The position numbers were made by a program, and so were the translations under genes. From positions 9,669,216-9,733,215 of the forward strand of contig CM119268.1 in assembly GCA_051294375.1 (NCBI GenBank): a stretch of 64,000 nucleotides of DNA, in the 5' to 3' direction. The DNA is from Paraspadella gotoi. Lineage: Eukaryota; Animalia; Chaetognatha. Positions 11,675 through 29,487 of the stretch are shown piece by piece (the first letter of the stretch is position 1; each line of letters starts with the position of its first letter). The notes beneath the pieces were generated by a model, which had not been told where the DNA came from, did not search any database, and worked only from the letters and a program-made list of their open reading frames with translations.

Positions 11675-14600
11675 TCACGACGCCATCACCATCTTGTCGT
11701 TGGACATTTTCGGCGAAAACCCGGGAAAAGAGTCGGCGCCCATCATGGCACCGCCCATCGACGCTCCCATGGCCCCGCCCATCCCCGCACCTATGTCACC
11801 GCTTTCCATTGGGGACATTTGCCCCGCCAGGCCAGAGGCGTCCGTCATTCGTCCGAACGGGGTCGGGAAAGGGGCGCCCGCCATGCCGGGCATTCCTGGC
11901 ACGATGGGGCCGAGATTCATTGGACCGGGACCTGTGAGAAAATCAGCGATATAAATTAAAGTTGTATCTGTAAATAATAGTAATATCATTCTCACCTCCC
12001 ATCATGGGAGCTCCTCCCATCATAGGTGCTCCTCCCATCATGGGTGCTCCTCCCATCATGGGTGCTCCTCCCATTCATGCCGCCAGCACCTGATGAAATC
12101 ATAGAAAATTCCAGTTCGAAAAGAAAAGTTCCGCTAAGGTTTTTAACGTTCCTACCTTTCCCCCCACAAGAAATAATAATAATAATATATAATAATAATG
12201 ATGTATTATAAATCAAGATATGTTCGTCAACTGTCCAATTTCTCGTTTTAAATCAAATTGATAAGATTACATCACTACCTCCATTGAATGGAGACATCTA
12301 CAGGATTTGGAAAGGCGTCGACATGACCGGAGCCCCGAGACCGGAGAGTCCTGAAATTTTAAAAGTGAATCCAGTTCTTGAATTTGAATGGAAGTTTATT
12401 TTTGTCACGGACTGATCGCAAATCGCCACTAATCTCGCTAAATCACTAAAAACGAAACGGATGATTTTGAGATATGCTGTCTTATTTGGCGCACCATAGT
12501 TGAGTGATACGAGAATAATTCCGCTTGAATATGATTGTGTCATTTGACTTCAGGTGAATCACGTCTAGGGGGATTAGCTCAAACGGTAGAGCGCTCGCTT
12601 TGCATGCGAGAGGTACCGGGATCGTTACCCGGATCCTCCATCTTTATATTTTTAAACTTAAACGCATGTAATTTTAACTAAGTACAGTTGACAATTTTAC
12701 AAGCGCCGGTAAAAAACGCTGTCATTGATTTTAAAGAGTATTGAATAGAAAATATTAAAGTTAATTTATATGTCAAGATATTTATATTGATCAGTTAAGA
12801 TTGCTTGCAGTGTAGTGGAGAAAGTTGGCTGTCAAAATCAAAGTTTTCATTTTCCATACACTTTTTAATTTACAATTTTTCTCACTTTCAGTAGATTTCT
12901 GAAAAAATTTGAAATAAAAATGATATATTAATATCTTTTTCTGAAAGCTCCTTTAAAATCTAAATAAAATGAACGTACTTTCACAATTGCCTAGATTAAG
13001 ATATTTAATTTAATTAGGATATTCAAAAAAATAGCATCTTTCCCAAAATCAATAACAGAGGGTAAAATTTAAGCTTTTTAATCATATTGTGATTGCTATC
13101 TAAATCTTTTTTTTCAGGCTCTTTTCATGATACTTTGTATATAAACATCTAAAATAATATTTTATGTTACTAATAATCTTAAAACAGGTCATATAATTTT
13201 TTAAGAATTTAAAAATTTATATATTATCACTTTTGACTCTTAATTGATCCCAAGGCTGGCAGCTTAATTTTTATGTTAGAACTTTTGTAAGTAATCCATT
13301 TCCTCTATTTTTTAAGGGCTTTCTGAGGATAATAACTTGTTAATATTTTTTTAAATACATTGTTTAAAAAAGTGCCTTAATATGTTAAAAAAAAAAATAA
13401 TAAGACAGTTAGTTGGAAAATAAACCCTGATATTGCCAACCAACTTTTACCGCTCTTATGTCAAGGCATATCTCAACCGTAATCGAATATAAAATATTAA
13501 GGAACACATTAAATTAACTTTAATATTTTCTATGCTCAACTTACATTTTTAAAATCAATAAAATAACCACTGGTTTGCAAATGAACAGCGTTTTTTTACA
13601 CGGCCGCTTGTAAAATTGTTCAACATGCAGTAAGTATAGAAACGGTTTCACCTTTAGTTGCCGTCATCGCACCCAGACCTGACAAGGGACCAAAATATTT
13701 AAATTTCATTTTTATTTGGATTTTAAAAAACCGACAGTTCTCAAACTGCCAGCCTCGCTGTGTCTCTCTATAACTTACCGGCTGCTGTTCCAGGACTGGC
13801 GAAGGGCGTGTTGGTAAGGAGTTGATTGGCGCCAAGATCCGGGCCACCGCCGGAAATCAAAGGATTTCCGGCGACGTTCATGAGATTAGCGCCGGCGCTC
13901 GGAAGGCCGATTTGAGAGAGTCCTTGTCCGAGACCTAAAAAATCATAGATAATGATAAAAACATTCTCAATTAGTTTCCTTTTAACTTCTCCAGACTCCG
14001 GTGGTCCAAAACCCCCTCATCAACTCACCCAATAATCCGCCGAGCTCGTTTCCTCCGTTCGCGAGATTTCCGGCCGCGTTGGCGATCGGCGAAGTGAGTC
14101 CGTTCAGTCCCGGCACCGCCCGCGCGCCGAAAAGTCCCGCCACGCCACTCTCGAGTCCTAGTCCGCCCGTCGAAGTGCCTAACAGCCCTCCCAGATTGCC
14201 TCTGTTCAAGAGGTTAGAGAGGCCTGGTAGCGCCGTTGAAGTTCCTCCTAAGAGGCCGGCGCCCCCTAGCGTGCCGGTCAGTCCGCGCGACCCGGTCAGA
14301 GCTGAGAGCAGAGTCGACCGCGGAGAGGCGGAGAGGAGTGCCTCAAGGCCACCGAGGTTGCCGAGGGCTCCCCCGACGCCGCTGCCACCGACGCCGCTTT
14401 TCAGTCCTCCTAAAAGGCCGAGACCCGTTAGTAAGGGGCTGCTTCCTCCGGCACCGAGCAACACGTCCATGAGGTCGTTGGCGACGCCAGAGGAGGAGGA
14501 GGTCCCGAGCAGGGCGTCGCTCAGCCCCGACGACCCACCGAGCAGGGCGTCGACGAGGACGTTGGAGCCGAGGGAACGCTTCCGAATTCCGCCGCCCGGC

Positions 14601-16598
14601 TTGACTGTTCCCTTCAGTAGGGTGGACAGCAGGGAATTGTAGAGGTTCTGAGTGAGGGGAGATTAAGAAATGTACTTCGTTCATTCCATTTAAGATCCGA
14701 ATTATTCAATCTAATTTGCATATATTATCGTGATTGCTCTCTGAGAAACTTTCAACTTTCAATTTGTATTAACTCGAAGTTTAAAAGATCAAATTATACC
14801 TTGTCATGGTCCATCTGTAAATAATATACTAAATAATATACTATATCTGTAAATAATATACTAAATATACGTAAAGGTAAAAAGTATTAATTAACCAAGA
14901 AAACAAAAATTTTAAAGAGAACACAAAATTATTCCTTAACCTCGACGCTGTGATTTCGTACATATTTCCAATTTCATATAAAATCTTTTCGGCGACTGCC
15001 CACCTTTTTTGTTGGTTGCCTGGCAACGGTGGCGGTAGTGGTCGAAGTTGACGGCCCGGTTTTCGTCGTCGGATGCTTCTTGGTGACGGTCGTCTCAACA
15101 GTTTGGTAGACGCGGGGACGCAGCTGCTGCTGCTGCGCGGCGTCGCAGTCTGAATGATGTGCGTTTCCGGCTGCTGCTGGACAACGAATTGGTAGCTCGG
15201 AGACAAGACCTTGCATTTCGAAGGGTTTAAAAATGAAAGGGATGGAACGATCGGATTTGTTTCATCTGGCCTTCTATTTTAAGACTGAAAATTACCTGAG
15301 ACGTCATGGGGGTTCCACGAATGTCGTACGAGGAATTTGGTGAGTTCCGAGAAGATGATAGCTCGGTCGCGTCACCAAGGCGGCTTGAGTGATGGAAGTG
15401 CATCGAAACGGAATCTGGTGGACGAACGAATTCCGATGACGAAATCTCTTTCTTGTCGTTCTTTCACCCTCTCTCCCCCCCCTTGTCGCTTACTTGCATG
15501 GTCGCAAACTCTCAGGGCCGCGTTGAAAAGCGTCCCAGGGCCGCACTGAAAGGTGAACGTTCGCCCTTCAGTGCAGCGTATGAAGTGGGAACAGTGGGTG
15601 GGTTCCGCGTACAATCCATCCATGTGATTGGCGCAGAAAGCTGGAGACGTGGGGGGGCGTGGCAAGGGAAGGCGCGGGGCGAGAGGGAGAAAGGGCGAGG
15701 GAGAAAGGGCGAGGGAGGCAGGCGATAGCGGAGGAAGCAAGCAGGGACGAGGTAAGGGGGGGGGAAAGATGCGAACGCGACGATCCTTTCAATATTCAAA
15801 GTTTTACACTTTGCCTAAGTTTTAGGATTGACATGCGGGGAAGGCTTTTTTTGTTTATTTTTAGGTCAAGTCTTTTTCTAAAACGCTTTGGGTTCTAAAA
15901 TCGCAAGTTTTAAGAATTTACAAGAACATGCAGGAAAGAATTTTGTCGCAGTTTTTAGTGGTTTTTATTTTTCTTTCTTTATATTTAAAAAAAGCATGAA
16001 GAGACTGCAATTTTTTCGTCTTTTTTTTTACATCCTCTTGGTTTGATAGAAGAGAAAGAATTTCTTAAAATAATAACTCTCGCTTTAATGCCAGTTGCAG
16101 ATGGACGACGTCAGTTTTGACGCCGTCACTTTTGGGAGCCACGGTGGATCTGTTCGGGTGGCCGCCCGGGTCTCAAGATTCCCAACGGCATCGTCTCCGC
16201 GCGTCGTCTTGGGATACCTTTTTTGACGACGCACTTGCAAGCTGACGGGAATTTTAAATTAAATTCTGACCGAGTTAAATGCATAATTTTTCGTGGTGAC
16301 TTGTAAATGTCGTTATTCTTCATTATGTAAATATGCAAATATGATCGTTATTTTTGTAAAATTGGTCACGATGTGAAGAAACAAATTTAAATGACATAAT
16401 CAATTGAAACGTGATCGAAAATATACTTAGTTTATTATATTAAATCTACCCCTCACCAAAAAAAAAAGAAGAAATAATTAGCTTTTAACTAAACACTGAA
16501 CAGTGTTCAGTGAACACTGAAACATGACCATGATTCTTTCGCCTCAATATAAACCACAAATTGCCAAGGCTAAAAGACTTCCAGCCTTCCAGGTGTCG
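11675..16598 (-). CDS. Secreted chitin-binding (CBM14/peritrophin-A type) low-complexity structural protein
   Basis: Exons 16555-16598 (DTWKAGSLLALAIC), 16218-16241 (ACKCVVKK), 15494-15640 (AFCANHMDGLYAEPTHCSHFIRCTEGRTFTFQCGPGTLFNAALRVCDHA, CBM14 Cys spacing; sixth Cys recovered in the next exon with a 1-bp indel), Thr-rich exon ~14975-15208, RKR then Gly/Leu-rich exon ~14028-14647, ~13779-13933, small exons, GGAPMM repeats ~11995-12089, Met/Gly-rich last exon ending KMVMAS* at 11675. Start codon not located. Confidence 0.75.
11998..12075 (-). repeat. 18-bp coding tandem repeat (GGAPMM)x~4
   Basis: cccatcatgggtgctcct units on the + strand. Confidence 0.85.
12568..12640 (+). tRNA. tRNA-Ala (anticodon TGC)
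   Basis: GGGGGAT/ATCCTCC-A acceptor stem with the G3:U70 alanine identity pair; anticodon arm CTCGC-TTTGCAT-GCGAG; T arm CCGGG-ATCGTTA-CCCGG; 73 nt. Confidence 0.97.
12794..13478. mobile_element. Degenerate foldback/MITE-like element in an intron
   Basis: Left arm (gagaaagttggctgtcaaaatcaaagttttcattttcca) resembles the reverse complement of the right arm (tggaaaataaaccctgatattgccaaccaactttt); internal segments ~12930-12990 and ~13280-13350 are also inverted-similar. Confidence 0.6.
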
Positions 16599-16756
16599 CT
16601 AATCAGGGAAGAAGAAAACGTGCGTCCTTTTAATTTCTCCCTCGGTCCTCGGCTCGGTGTCTCCGGAGGGAAATGAGAATTTTAAAAGGCGACGAATCTT
16701 TTGAAGGAAAAACAATAAAAAAGAGAGATCACGTGCGAATCAAAGGACGAACATCG

Positions 16757-21737
<4,981 letters not shown>

Positions 21738-21920
21738 GGTGGAGGTCGCGGGAGGCAGAAACAAGGACGAACCTCGGGATGAACGGAATATCGATTAGAC
21801 TTCGCTCGTTCCCCCCCTTCCTTTTTTTTTTTTTATCCCCGCGCCGACGCTGGAGCGAAAAAAAAAAACAAAGGAGAGGGGTTGAGGAAGAACGAGGGGG
21901 AAGGGGGGCGTCGCGGATTC

Positions 21921-21931
21921 TGCGCATGCGC
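21921..21931. promoter_or_regulatory. NRF1/Ewg-like site TGCGCATGCGC upstream of the VEVP gene
   Basis: Matches YGCGCAYGCGC ~185 bp upstream of the ATG at 21737; a related motif occurs at ~61445-61456. Motif match only. Confidence 0.35.
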
Positions 21932-23013
21932 TGGAGAGAGAGAGAGAGAAAAAAGGGAAGACAGATATATACGTTGTATGAAGGTTTATTTGAGATGAAG
22001 GCGGGGATTTATTGAGAGAGAAGAGACGACAAATGATTAACGATGTGTACCGTACTCTTTTCGTTGCATTACTTCAGGAAAAACAATAAATCAATAATTG
22101 GCTTTTTTTTTTTTTTTTTGAAGAGTTTGATGCTTATATATATTCCTTTAAAAAAATTGCGGAAAACATTGGTCCGTCCGCGCTACAAGATTGAAAATAT
22201 TGTAAATTGAGGAAAGACCGAAGCCAATGTGAATAGCATTGTTTTTTTTTTTTTTTGTTTCGCAAAAAAAAAAAAAAGAAGAATCCGCGGCTGAAGAAAG
22301 TGACCACCGACAAATCCTTCTCTATTTTTTTTTTACGCTCTTAATTTTCCATTCGACCTCTCTTTCTCTCTTTTCCTTCTTTCTCTCTCTCCTTCCTTTC
22401 TTCTTCCCTCTTTTTTTCCTCTCTTTTTTTTTACTTTTCGAGCCGCAGGCGTTAGAATTGAGGAGCGGCCAATTAATGGAACGCGGGAGCCGCCGAACGC
22501 CTTCCAGAATCGAGAGAGGAGAACCGAAACCTCAGCTTGTTCCTTCGTCGCGAAATTTGGGTTTCGAAAGAAAAGAATCCGATCAGAAAGGAAAAATGTT
22601 AAAAAAAAGGGAAAAACAAGGGGAAGATACAACGCATGTTGTTTGTTTTTTTCTTTTTTTTTCCTTTATTCTATTTATTCTATTCTATTTCTTTTTTTTT
22701 TTTTTAATTCGCGGTAACACGCAACTCTATCATATGACTGTGGATACAGGAACATAAAAAGTTTACCTGTAGGCGGAATTTAAACATAAATCTTAATTCG
22801 CTAGACTCATACTACAAATAAAGTTAAATGTTATAACAAAAACCAAAGTTAAAAAAAAACTTTTTATAATTGAAAAAGGAAAAACGAGGAGGTAAGACAG
22901 CTGAGTAGTCTCAACTTTTTCTTTTGTCTTTTGTTTTGGTTTTTTTTTATTCTCGTTTTCTTTTTTTTACATTTTATTTTAATTTACTTAGTTTTCCTTT
23001 ATTTATTTTATTT

Positions 23014-23267
23014 TATGAAATTGGTACAACCATTATAAAAAATTATTCATTCATTTAATAAATAAACTATCTTGCCCCTGACTTTTGGACAGGCTTTGGT
23101 GGTTTAAGGCCTCCATTACTCTTAGAAGATATTGACATAGCAGGTCCTTGCAAGCTTTCAATCAAGACTCTCTCACAGTCTCATTTATTCACTCCCAGAG
23201 TACCTGGCTTCCCTATCAATGAAGTGGTATAATGTTTCAAAGAATGTTTCAATTGTATGAAAAGACC
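23014..23267. mobile_element. Dispersed repeat family (TATGAAATTGGTACAACC end)
   Basis: Same sequence at ~30411-30800, 32150-32401, 38747-39110, 60175-60326, 60474-60655; partial at 9294-9352. Confidence 0.8.
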
Positions 23268-23995
23268 GGCGAATACTACTATTCAATTTTTTTTCCTTCC
23301 TTTATTTTTTTTTCATCTTTCTCGTCAACTTTCAGTTTTTTTTGCATCACACATAACTAATAAAAAATATAATGTACAAGAATAATGTGTCAAATTTAAA
23401 ACTGAAAAATAAAATCAAACGTGATAAGATAAGTTTTTCTCCAACGATTCCTGATTTTATAAAAGTAGCGGATCGAATATAAATAACTTCAAAATAAAAA
23501 AAAGTTTGATTTCGATTCACCTGGGCAATTAAGTTTATCCTATCAAGGGAACCATGGTACTTAATTTCAGAGGAATTTTGCCTTTAATCATTCGATCTTA
23601 AATCTTGAACAGAATTGAAAATCGATGCGGATTAATTTTCTCAGGCGATTCCATTTCTACTTTCAAACTCAACAAGTCAGTTGTCTTCCGTGAAATGTCA
23701 ATCTAAGTGTGTCCACCTTTGAACTCAGAACTGAAAAAAAATTTCGAAAACTTATCGCTTAAAAAACCTCGCGGATGTATTATCATTTTTTTTTAAAAAC
23801 CATATTTTGCTATTTCGCGTTTTACGTTTCTTTTCTTAATTGGTCTTCCGAAGAACCGAAACGAAAAACCTGCTTCGACTTTTGATCCGAACATCGAAAC
23901 GATTGTCATCTACTCCGGATTGACGATTTTAAATTTCTGTAAACTTAGCTGACGAGTGACTTTGATTCTCCAGAAATCTCCACGGATCTGCTCAA

Positions 23996-24080
23996 ATGTA
24001 TTTCCACTGGGGAGACTCGGAGAGAATTCTCTTTAAACGTGGGTGACAGGGGGCGGATCCGGATCAACGGTACGTTACAA

Positions 24081-24177
<97 letters not shown>

Positions 24178-24867
24178 AGAGCCACTATTTACTAAAAGAG
24201 ACGAAATTCCAATTGCTGCTCACTCATATTTCCAACGAATTTCTTTTTGCAGGCGTATTTTGTCCTTTCCTGCGTCGCCTTTTTCATACTTAGTATGCTG
24301 CTGAAATTCTCTCCAACGTTTTAACTTGTCTGCGCCAAAGTCCAACAAGAAAACATTCGATGAAAACAAATGATCAAGTCACGGAAGCACACCAAGAGAT
24401 GACGCATATGCTCGATAGTAAGAGAATGGAACAAGTTGGTAAAATGAACATCGCCATCGATGATGACAAATAAATTTTATTTTCATCTTATTTAATGAAA
24501 ATTAGGATTTATAATTATATGGAAGGAAGTTATCAAAGTAACCTCCTTTTGATAGCTTATAATTATAAAATTATATTTTACAACTAATTCTCGTTCAATT
24601 TCCCTGCGTTTAGAAAACGAAGCGGAGTTCCGTAGAAGCTAAAAGCGGCGCCAAAAACGTTCGCCAATTTGATTTTGACTGCAAAGGATCCGCGACGCTT
24701 GGCGTTCGTTTGATCTCATCTTTGGTCTTCGCTTTAAGACTTTTGCTCGCTTACGTTCTCATGCTCGTCGTCATGACTTTCAACATGTGGTTTTTCTTTC
24801 AATTCTTTTTGGCAACTTTTTTGGTTACTGGTTGTTTTGGTACGAAATTCAAAGGAAAGAGAAATAA
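23996..24867 (+). CDS. Ctr/SLC31 copper transporter, copy 1 (1-bp indels relative to copy 2)
   Basis: Same three exons as copy 2; frames broken by single-base indels, probably sequencing errors. Confidence 0.75.
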
Positions 24868-25830
24868 TTTTTTGGATAACTTTTTAGATTTGTTTTTATG
24901 TATATATTTAATTGGGAAGACTGAACATACGCAGCTATGTACCGTAAATGCTAGAATGAGAGTAAAGGTGCAAACATGACGATTTAGGAGACGTATTCGA
25001 CATTAGACGGTGGGAAGTCTGAAAAAAAAAGGCATAATGGAAAAAATGTCTACGTAATTCATTTATTAACGACAGTATATCTATAAATTCTCTGTTAATC
25101 TAATTTTTAAAATAACCCAACCGAATTATTGCCACTATAAAATTATACTGTAAGTTTTAGTTATAGTTATATTACTATAAGTTATAGTTTTACTATAAAT
25201 TATAGTATAAGAATATAAGAAAGCCTGCGGAAAGCCAGCTGCTCATTCATTGGAGTTCCAAAGCCATTTGTTTTTTTCGCACGGCAGAAAGTGTTATGGA
25301 CGCCGACACCTGGTGATGGCGGTATTCGAAACTATGAATCAAAATAAGAACAGTTTTAAACTTTAACATAAATGTAATATATATTATATTTGTATTTACA
25401 TTTAATCACCCTTCAAAATTTATTTAACTTTTTTAAACTTTGAATTCTTTTTGTCCCGAACTAACTATATTAGTATTATTTACATGTATTGATTTATGAC
25501 CAAAATTTACTGAAACAATTTTTGTTGCTGACTTGCTACTTCGTTACTATTTACCTATCACCACATAATATTTGCAGCAAAAGTGGGAAACTTTTTGGTC
25601 AAAATCCAAACAATCGTTTAATCTTCGCACATTCAGAAACACTCTCCGAAAACGAGAGACTGACAAGTCCACCTGTTGACCGAATTTCGAGACCTCGACG
25701 ACGGTTCAACTCGTCCAAATTGACTTGAGTTATTAGGAGTTACTCAGTTAGTAGTTTATAATGATTGAGAAAATGGTGCAATCTCGAACCAACCTATCGA
25801 GGTAAGAACCAAAAAGAAAACTCTCTGCAC

Positions 25831-26411
25831 TAAGCCGTAGTAAATTCTAATTTAACTTTATTAAATTCTAAAAGTGAGGAACGAACAACATTAATTAATG
25901 AACATTTATGTATCAAAAAATCATATAAATTTTACAATTTCGCAGTAGGCCATATTTTACTAGTACTAAACCAATAAATGTTAAATTTCAAAAACATTTT
26001 TTTCTAAGATTTTTTGGCAGATTTGGATTCGTCATAAAAAGTTGGTAAAAGAAATATAACTCTTTGAAATATTCTTCATTAAGTGGGTCAAAAATTAGAA
26101 AAAGCTATATTTTAGCTGAAAATTAACTTTTATATATTAATATAGTTTTTTTAATTTTTAACCACTTAATGAAAATTTTTAAAAATGATTTATTTTCTTT
26201 ATCACTTTTGACGAGGAATTCAAATCTGAATCAAAATTAAAAAAAGCTTATTTTGAATTTTTCGATTTTATAAGGATAGTACTATATAAAATATAGCCTA
26301 CTGCGAAATTAAAAACATAAAATTAATTTTTTTTACAAATTAATGTTCACTGATGGTATGTTGTTCATAATTGACTTTTAAATTTTCGTATGTAACTTTC
26401 ACTACGCCTTA
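25831..26411. mobile_element. Foldback non-autonomous DNA transposon with 6-bp TSD (CTGCAC)
   Basis: Absent from copy 2 (empty site ctctctgcaccttg at ~34893-34906); flanked by CTGCAC at 25825-25830 and 26412-26417; termini TAAGCCGTAGT.../...ACTACGCCTTA; arms inverted-similar over most of the length. Confidence 0.92.
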
Positions 26412-26676
26412 CTGCACCTTGCTATTTTTTCTCCTTATCTCCCCGAGAAGTTCGATCCATGCACGGCTCCATTATTTACTGCGTCGCTGCTCCTGCCGAC
26501 TGCTGCTGCGGACGTTGTTATAGTACCCCATCGAACGCAGCTCCCAAATTCGGTATCACCACCGAAACTGCAGAGGATCGAGAAAATAGGAGGATCTTCT
26601 TTCTCATACCAGAGCGAAAAACTCGAACGAGCCAGTCGCAGTCGCTCGTCATCGGCTTTATCTACGTCATGGTAAC

Positions 26677-26719
<43 letters not shown>

Positions 26720-27457
26720 AAGAGATTTCAAACTGCCGAGCTAATAGTTGGTATATAGTTTTATTTAAAAAAAAAGCCATGGGTGTAATCCTTTTCTAAC
26801 AACAAAAAAACAAAGAATAAAAAACAATTAGGAACTTTTTGCCATTTTTTTAAAATTTTAGATTATTAGATATTAAAGATTTTAGGAGCGTGGTTCTCGA
26901 GGGGTTCTACCTTTATTATGCGATCATTGTGATGTATTGTTTCGTATTTTTTTTTTTAAGTTAAATCTGATAATCTTATAAGATCTTTTTTCGAATCTCA
27001 TACCTAATATAATATTATTAAATTGTTCACATAAAGAAAAAAAATATTTCTAGAATTTTTTAGTGAGGGTATCTACACTAATTTGTAAACTTATTTAAGA
27101 AAATATGGCTTTTCGAAAAATGACTACATCGTTAACTCAGATTAATACAAATACAACGATCGAATATGCATACAAATTCTTTTTATAGCTCTTGAAATAT
27201 TAGCGAGTAGAAAACAAATGAACACCACATGCATAAACTCGAGAGAAACGTACACGAGAGGAACAAAAGAGACTTTTCTTGGAAACCGGGAAACGCTTCA
27301 CAAAAAACATTCATGATTCTCTCCCTTCGCGACCCCCCCCTTCCATCTTGGTTTTTCTCTTATGCGTTCGACAACTCTCCCTTCTTTTCGTGATTCGACC
27401 CTCGATTCAAGTGGTTGTGAATCCTCGAAATAAGTCCGAGGAAAAGGATAGCCTGCG

Positions 27458-27536
<79 letters not shown>

Positions 27537-29487
27537 CTCTCCCCTCTCCGTCTGAGTCTCATGTCTGTGAGGAGCTCACACTGTTTGATCTGAACTCACC
27601 CAGCGGAAGCAAGGGATGAGAAACTTACCTTCTCATAACCTTTTGTCATCGTCGTCGTTCCTCGTCGGCGAACCCACGATATCCTTCGGAAAGAATCTGA
27701 AGGATTCTCTCGTCAAAAAGAGAGAGCATCCCACGATGCCATCCTCGATGCCCATCTCCGATGCCGTTCGTGTCAGCATTTATGGAAATGGATCCCAACT
27801 TTTTTTTTTTTTTGCACCGTACCTACATTTTCATCTTGAAAAGTTGCTCGGGAGTTTCAAGCTGAGAGGAAGGATAATAATATCATTATTTTGGAATGAA
27901 TAAGTAGAAATAGGGAACTAACCGGTTTTTCCATGGCAAGGCCAATGGCGTGGGCTAAATGCTATTTACTTTTTGAATATTGTTCAGTTTATAAATAATA
28001 AAATATATATAGAATTAATTTTTAAGTAAATATTCATTATTCGCGTAGCAGCAAATGGCCAAGAAAAATGAATTCCTATGACAGCAAAATCGGTTTTTAT
28101 ACACTAACTTTTTATAGCGAGCAATCCTTTTATATCAAAGGGATCTTGTTATTCAAGAAAAATCGAAACGTAGAATAATTAATAGAATTTGTAAGATTGT
28201 GTAAGTTTTTAAATATAGAAACGTTAAATTTAGATGCTTAAAGTTTAAGTTTAAGTTAAACTTCTTGACTCAACTTTTTTGGGTATGTAGGCTCCAGAGG
28301 CTTAAAAAAGAACAAACTAAACAATTCAAATACGAATTATCACCCGTTCATACATATAACTAAAAATAATACTTTGAAAACAAGAACCAAGTTAATTTTT
28401 TGATTCTAATATACCCCTTTTTTCACGAAGCTTACTCGAATTAATTAGCGATTAAATTTATTCATAACAAAATATTCGCTTTCAATAAATAAATATTCGA
28501 TTATTCAATATTCATGACGTCAGATTGGAAAAAGGGGCCCACCCGTCTTCCCAAGCCCGATTTGTGCAAATAAAGGTGCGGTCTCCCTTTCTCCTCTCAT
28601 TCCTTCTCATCGCTGTCAATATTTGTCACCTGAGTTTTTCACCGTGGCTTGCGCCCTGGTGACGTCGAAGCGCGACCATAAAATCGAGTGTAAAACACAC
28701 CAACAATAGAAATATGTTGAATCTCTCTCTCTCTCTCGCTCTCCGTCCGGCGAACGACGACGTCCGAGGCGAACGTCGAGAGGGACGATGATGGTGACGA
28801 CGACGACGACGAGGAAGGCAGCGGCTTCGCTCGCCGCCGCAGGAGCGGGAGGAGTTTCCCGCGGCTGCGGATTGGATTTTTTCGAATGCGGGCTGGGGCG
28901 GCGGGGAACGGCGGCCGGCGGCCGGCAGGATTTCTATGCCTTCCATTGCCTTACTCATAGTGGCTTTTTCGCGCTCTTAGCGCAGGGAGTGAAGGCCCGG
29001 TGCAGAAATTCAAACCGTGGAATAAAAAAGACAAACTTCGGTGAAAAGATTAAGTGAAAGAGAGAGAAAAAAAAAACTTTTTTTTGGGTAAGAGACGGCG
29101 CCTAACGCACGCAACAATAACTTTATATTCTCCAAAGTGCCTTCTCGAGATGGAAAAATAATAAACAATTATTGAGAATCGTGATATCATTTTACACGTG
29201 AAAATTCCCTCACAGCCGATTTGATTTTAATAATAAATAAAAAAAACAATATTAACAAAAATAATAAAAAGGAAAAAAGACCGCGTTACTAACCAAACCT
29301 GGAAATTTAGTGGTGAATCTGATCTCCGATCTTAGCCTCCTTTCGTGATTCTCTATCGCGTCCCCGCCGCGTCATATTTCCTCTCGCGCGTCCGCATTGT
29401 TTCGTTGACGGCGCAGGGGGAGACGCAGAAATCCGCGTCGTCGTCAGATAGAAAACAAAATAATATTGCGACCAACCCTATTACGTC

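Noticed and set aside
14001-14642. 213-aa Pro-rich plus-strand ORF
   Set aside because: Antisense shadow of the Gly/Leu-rich exon; splice signals are on the minus strand.
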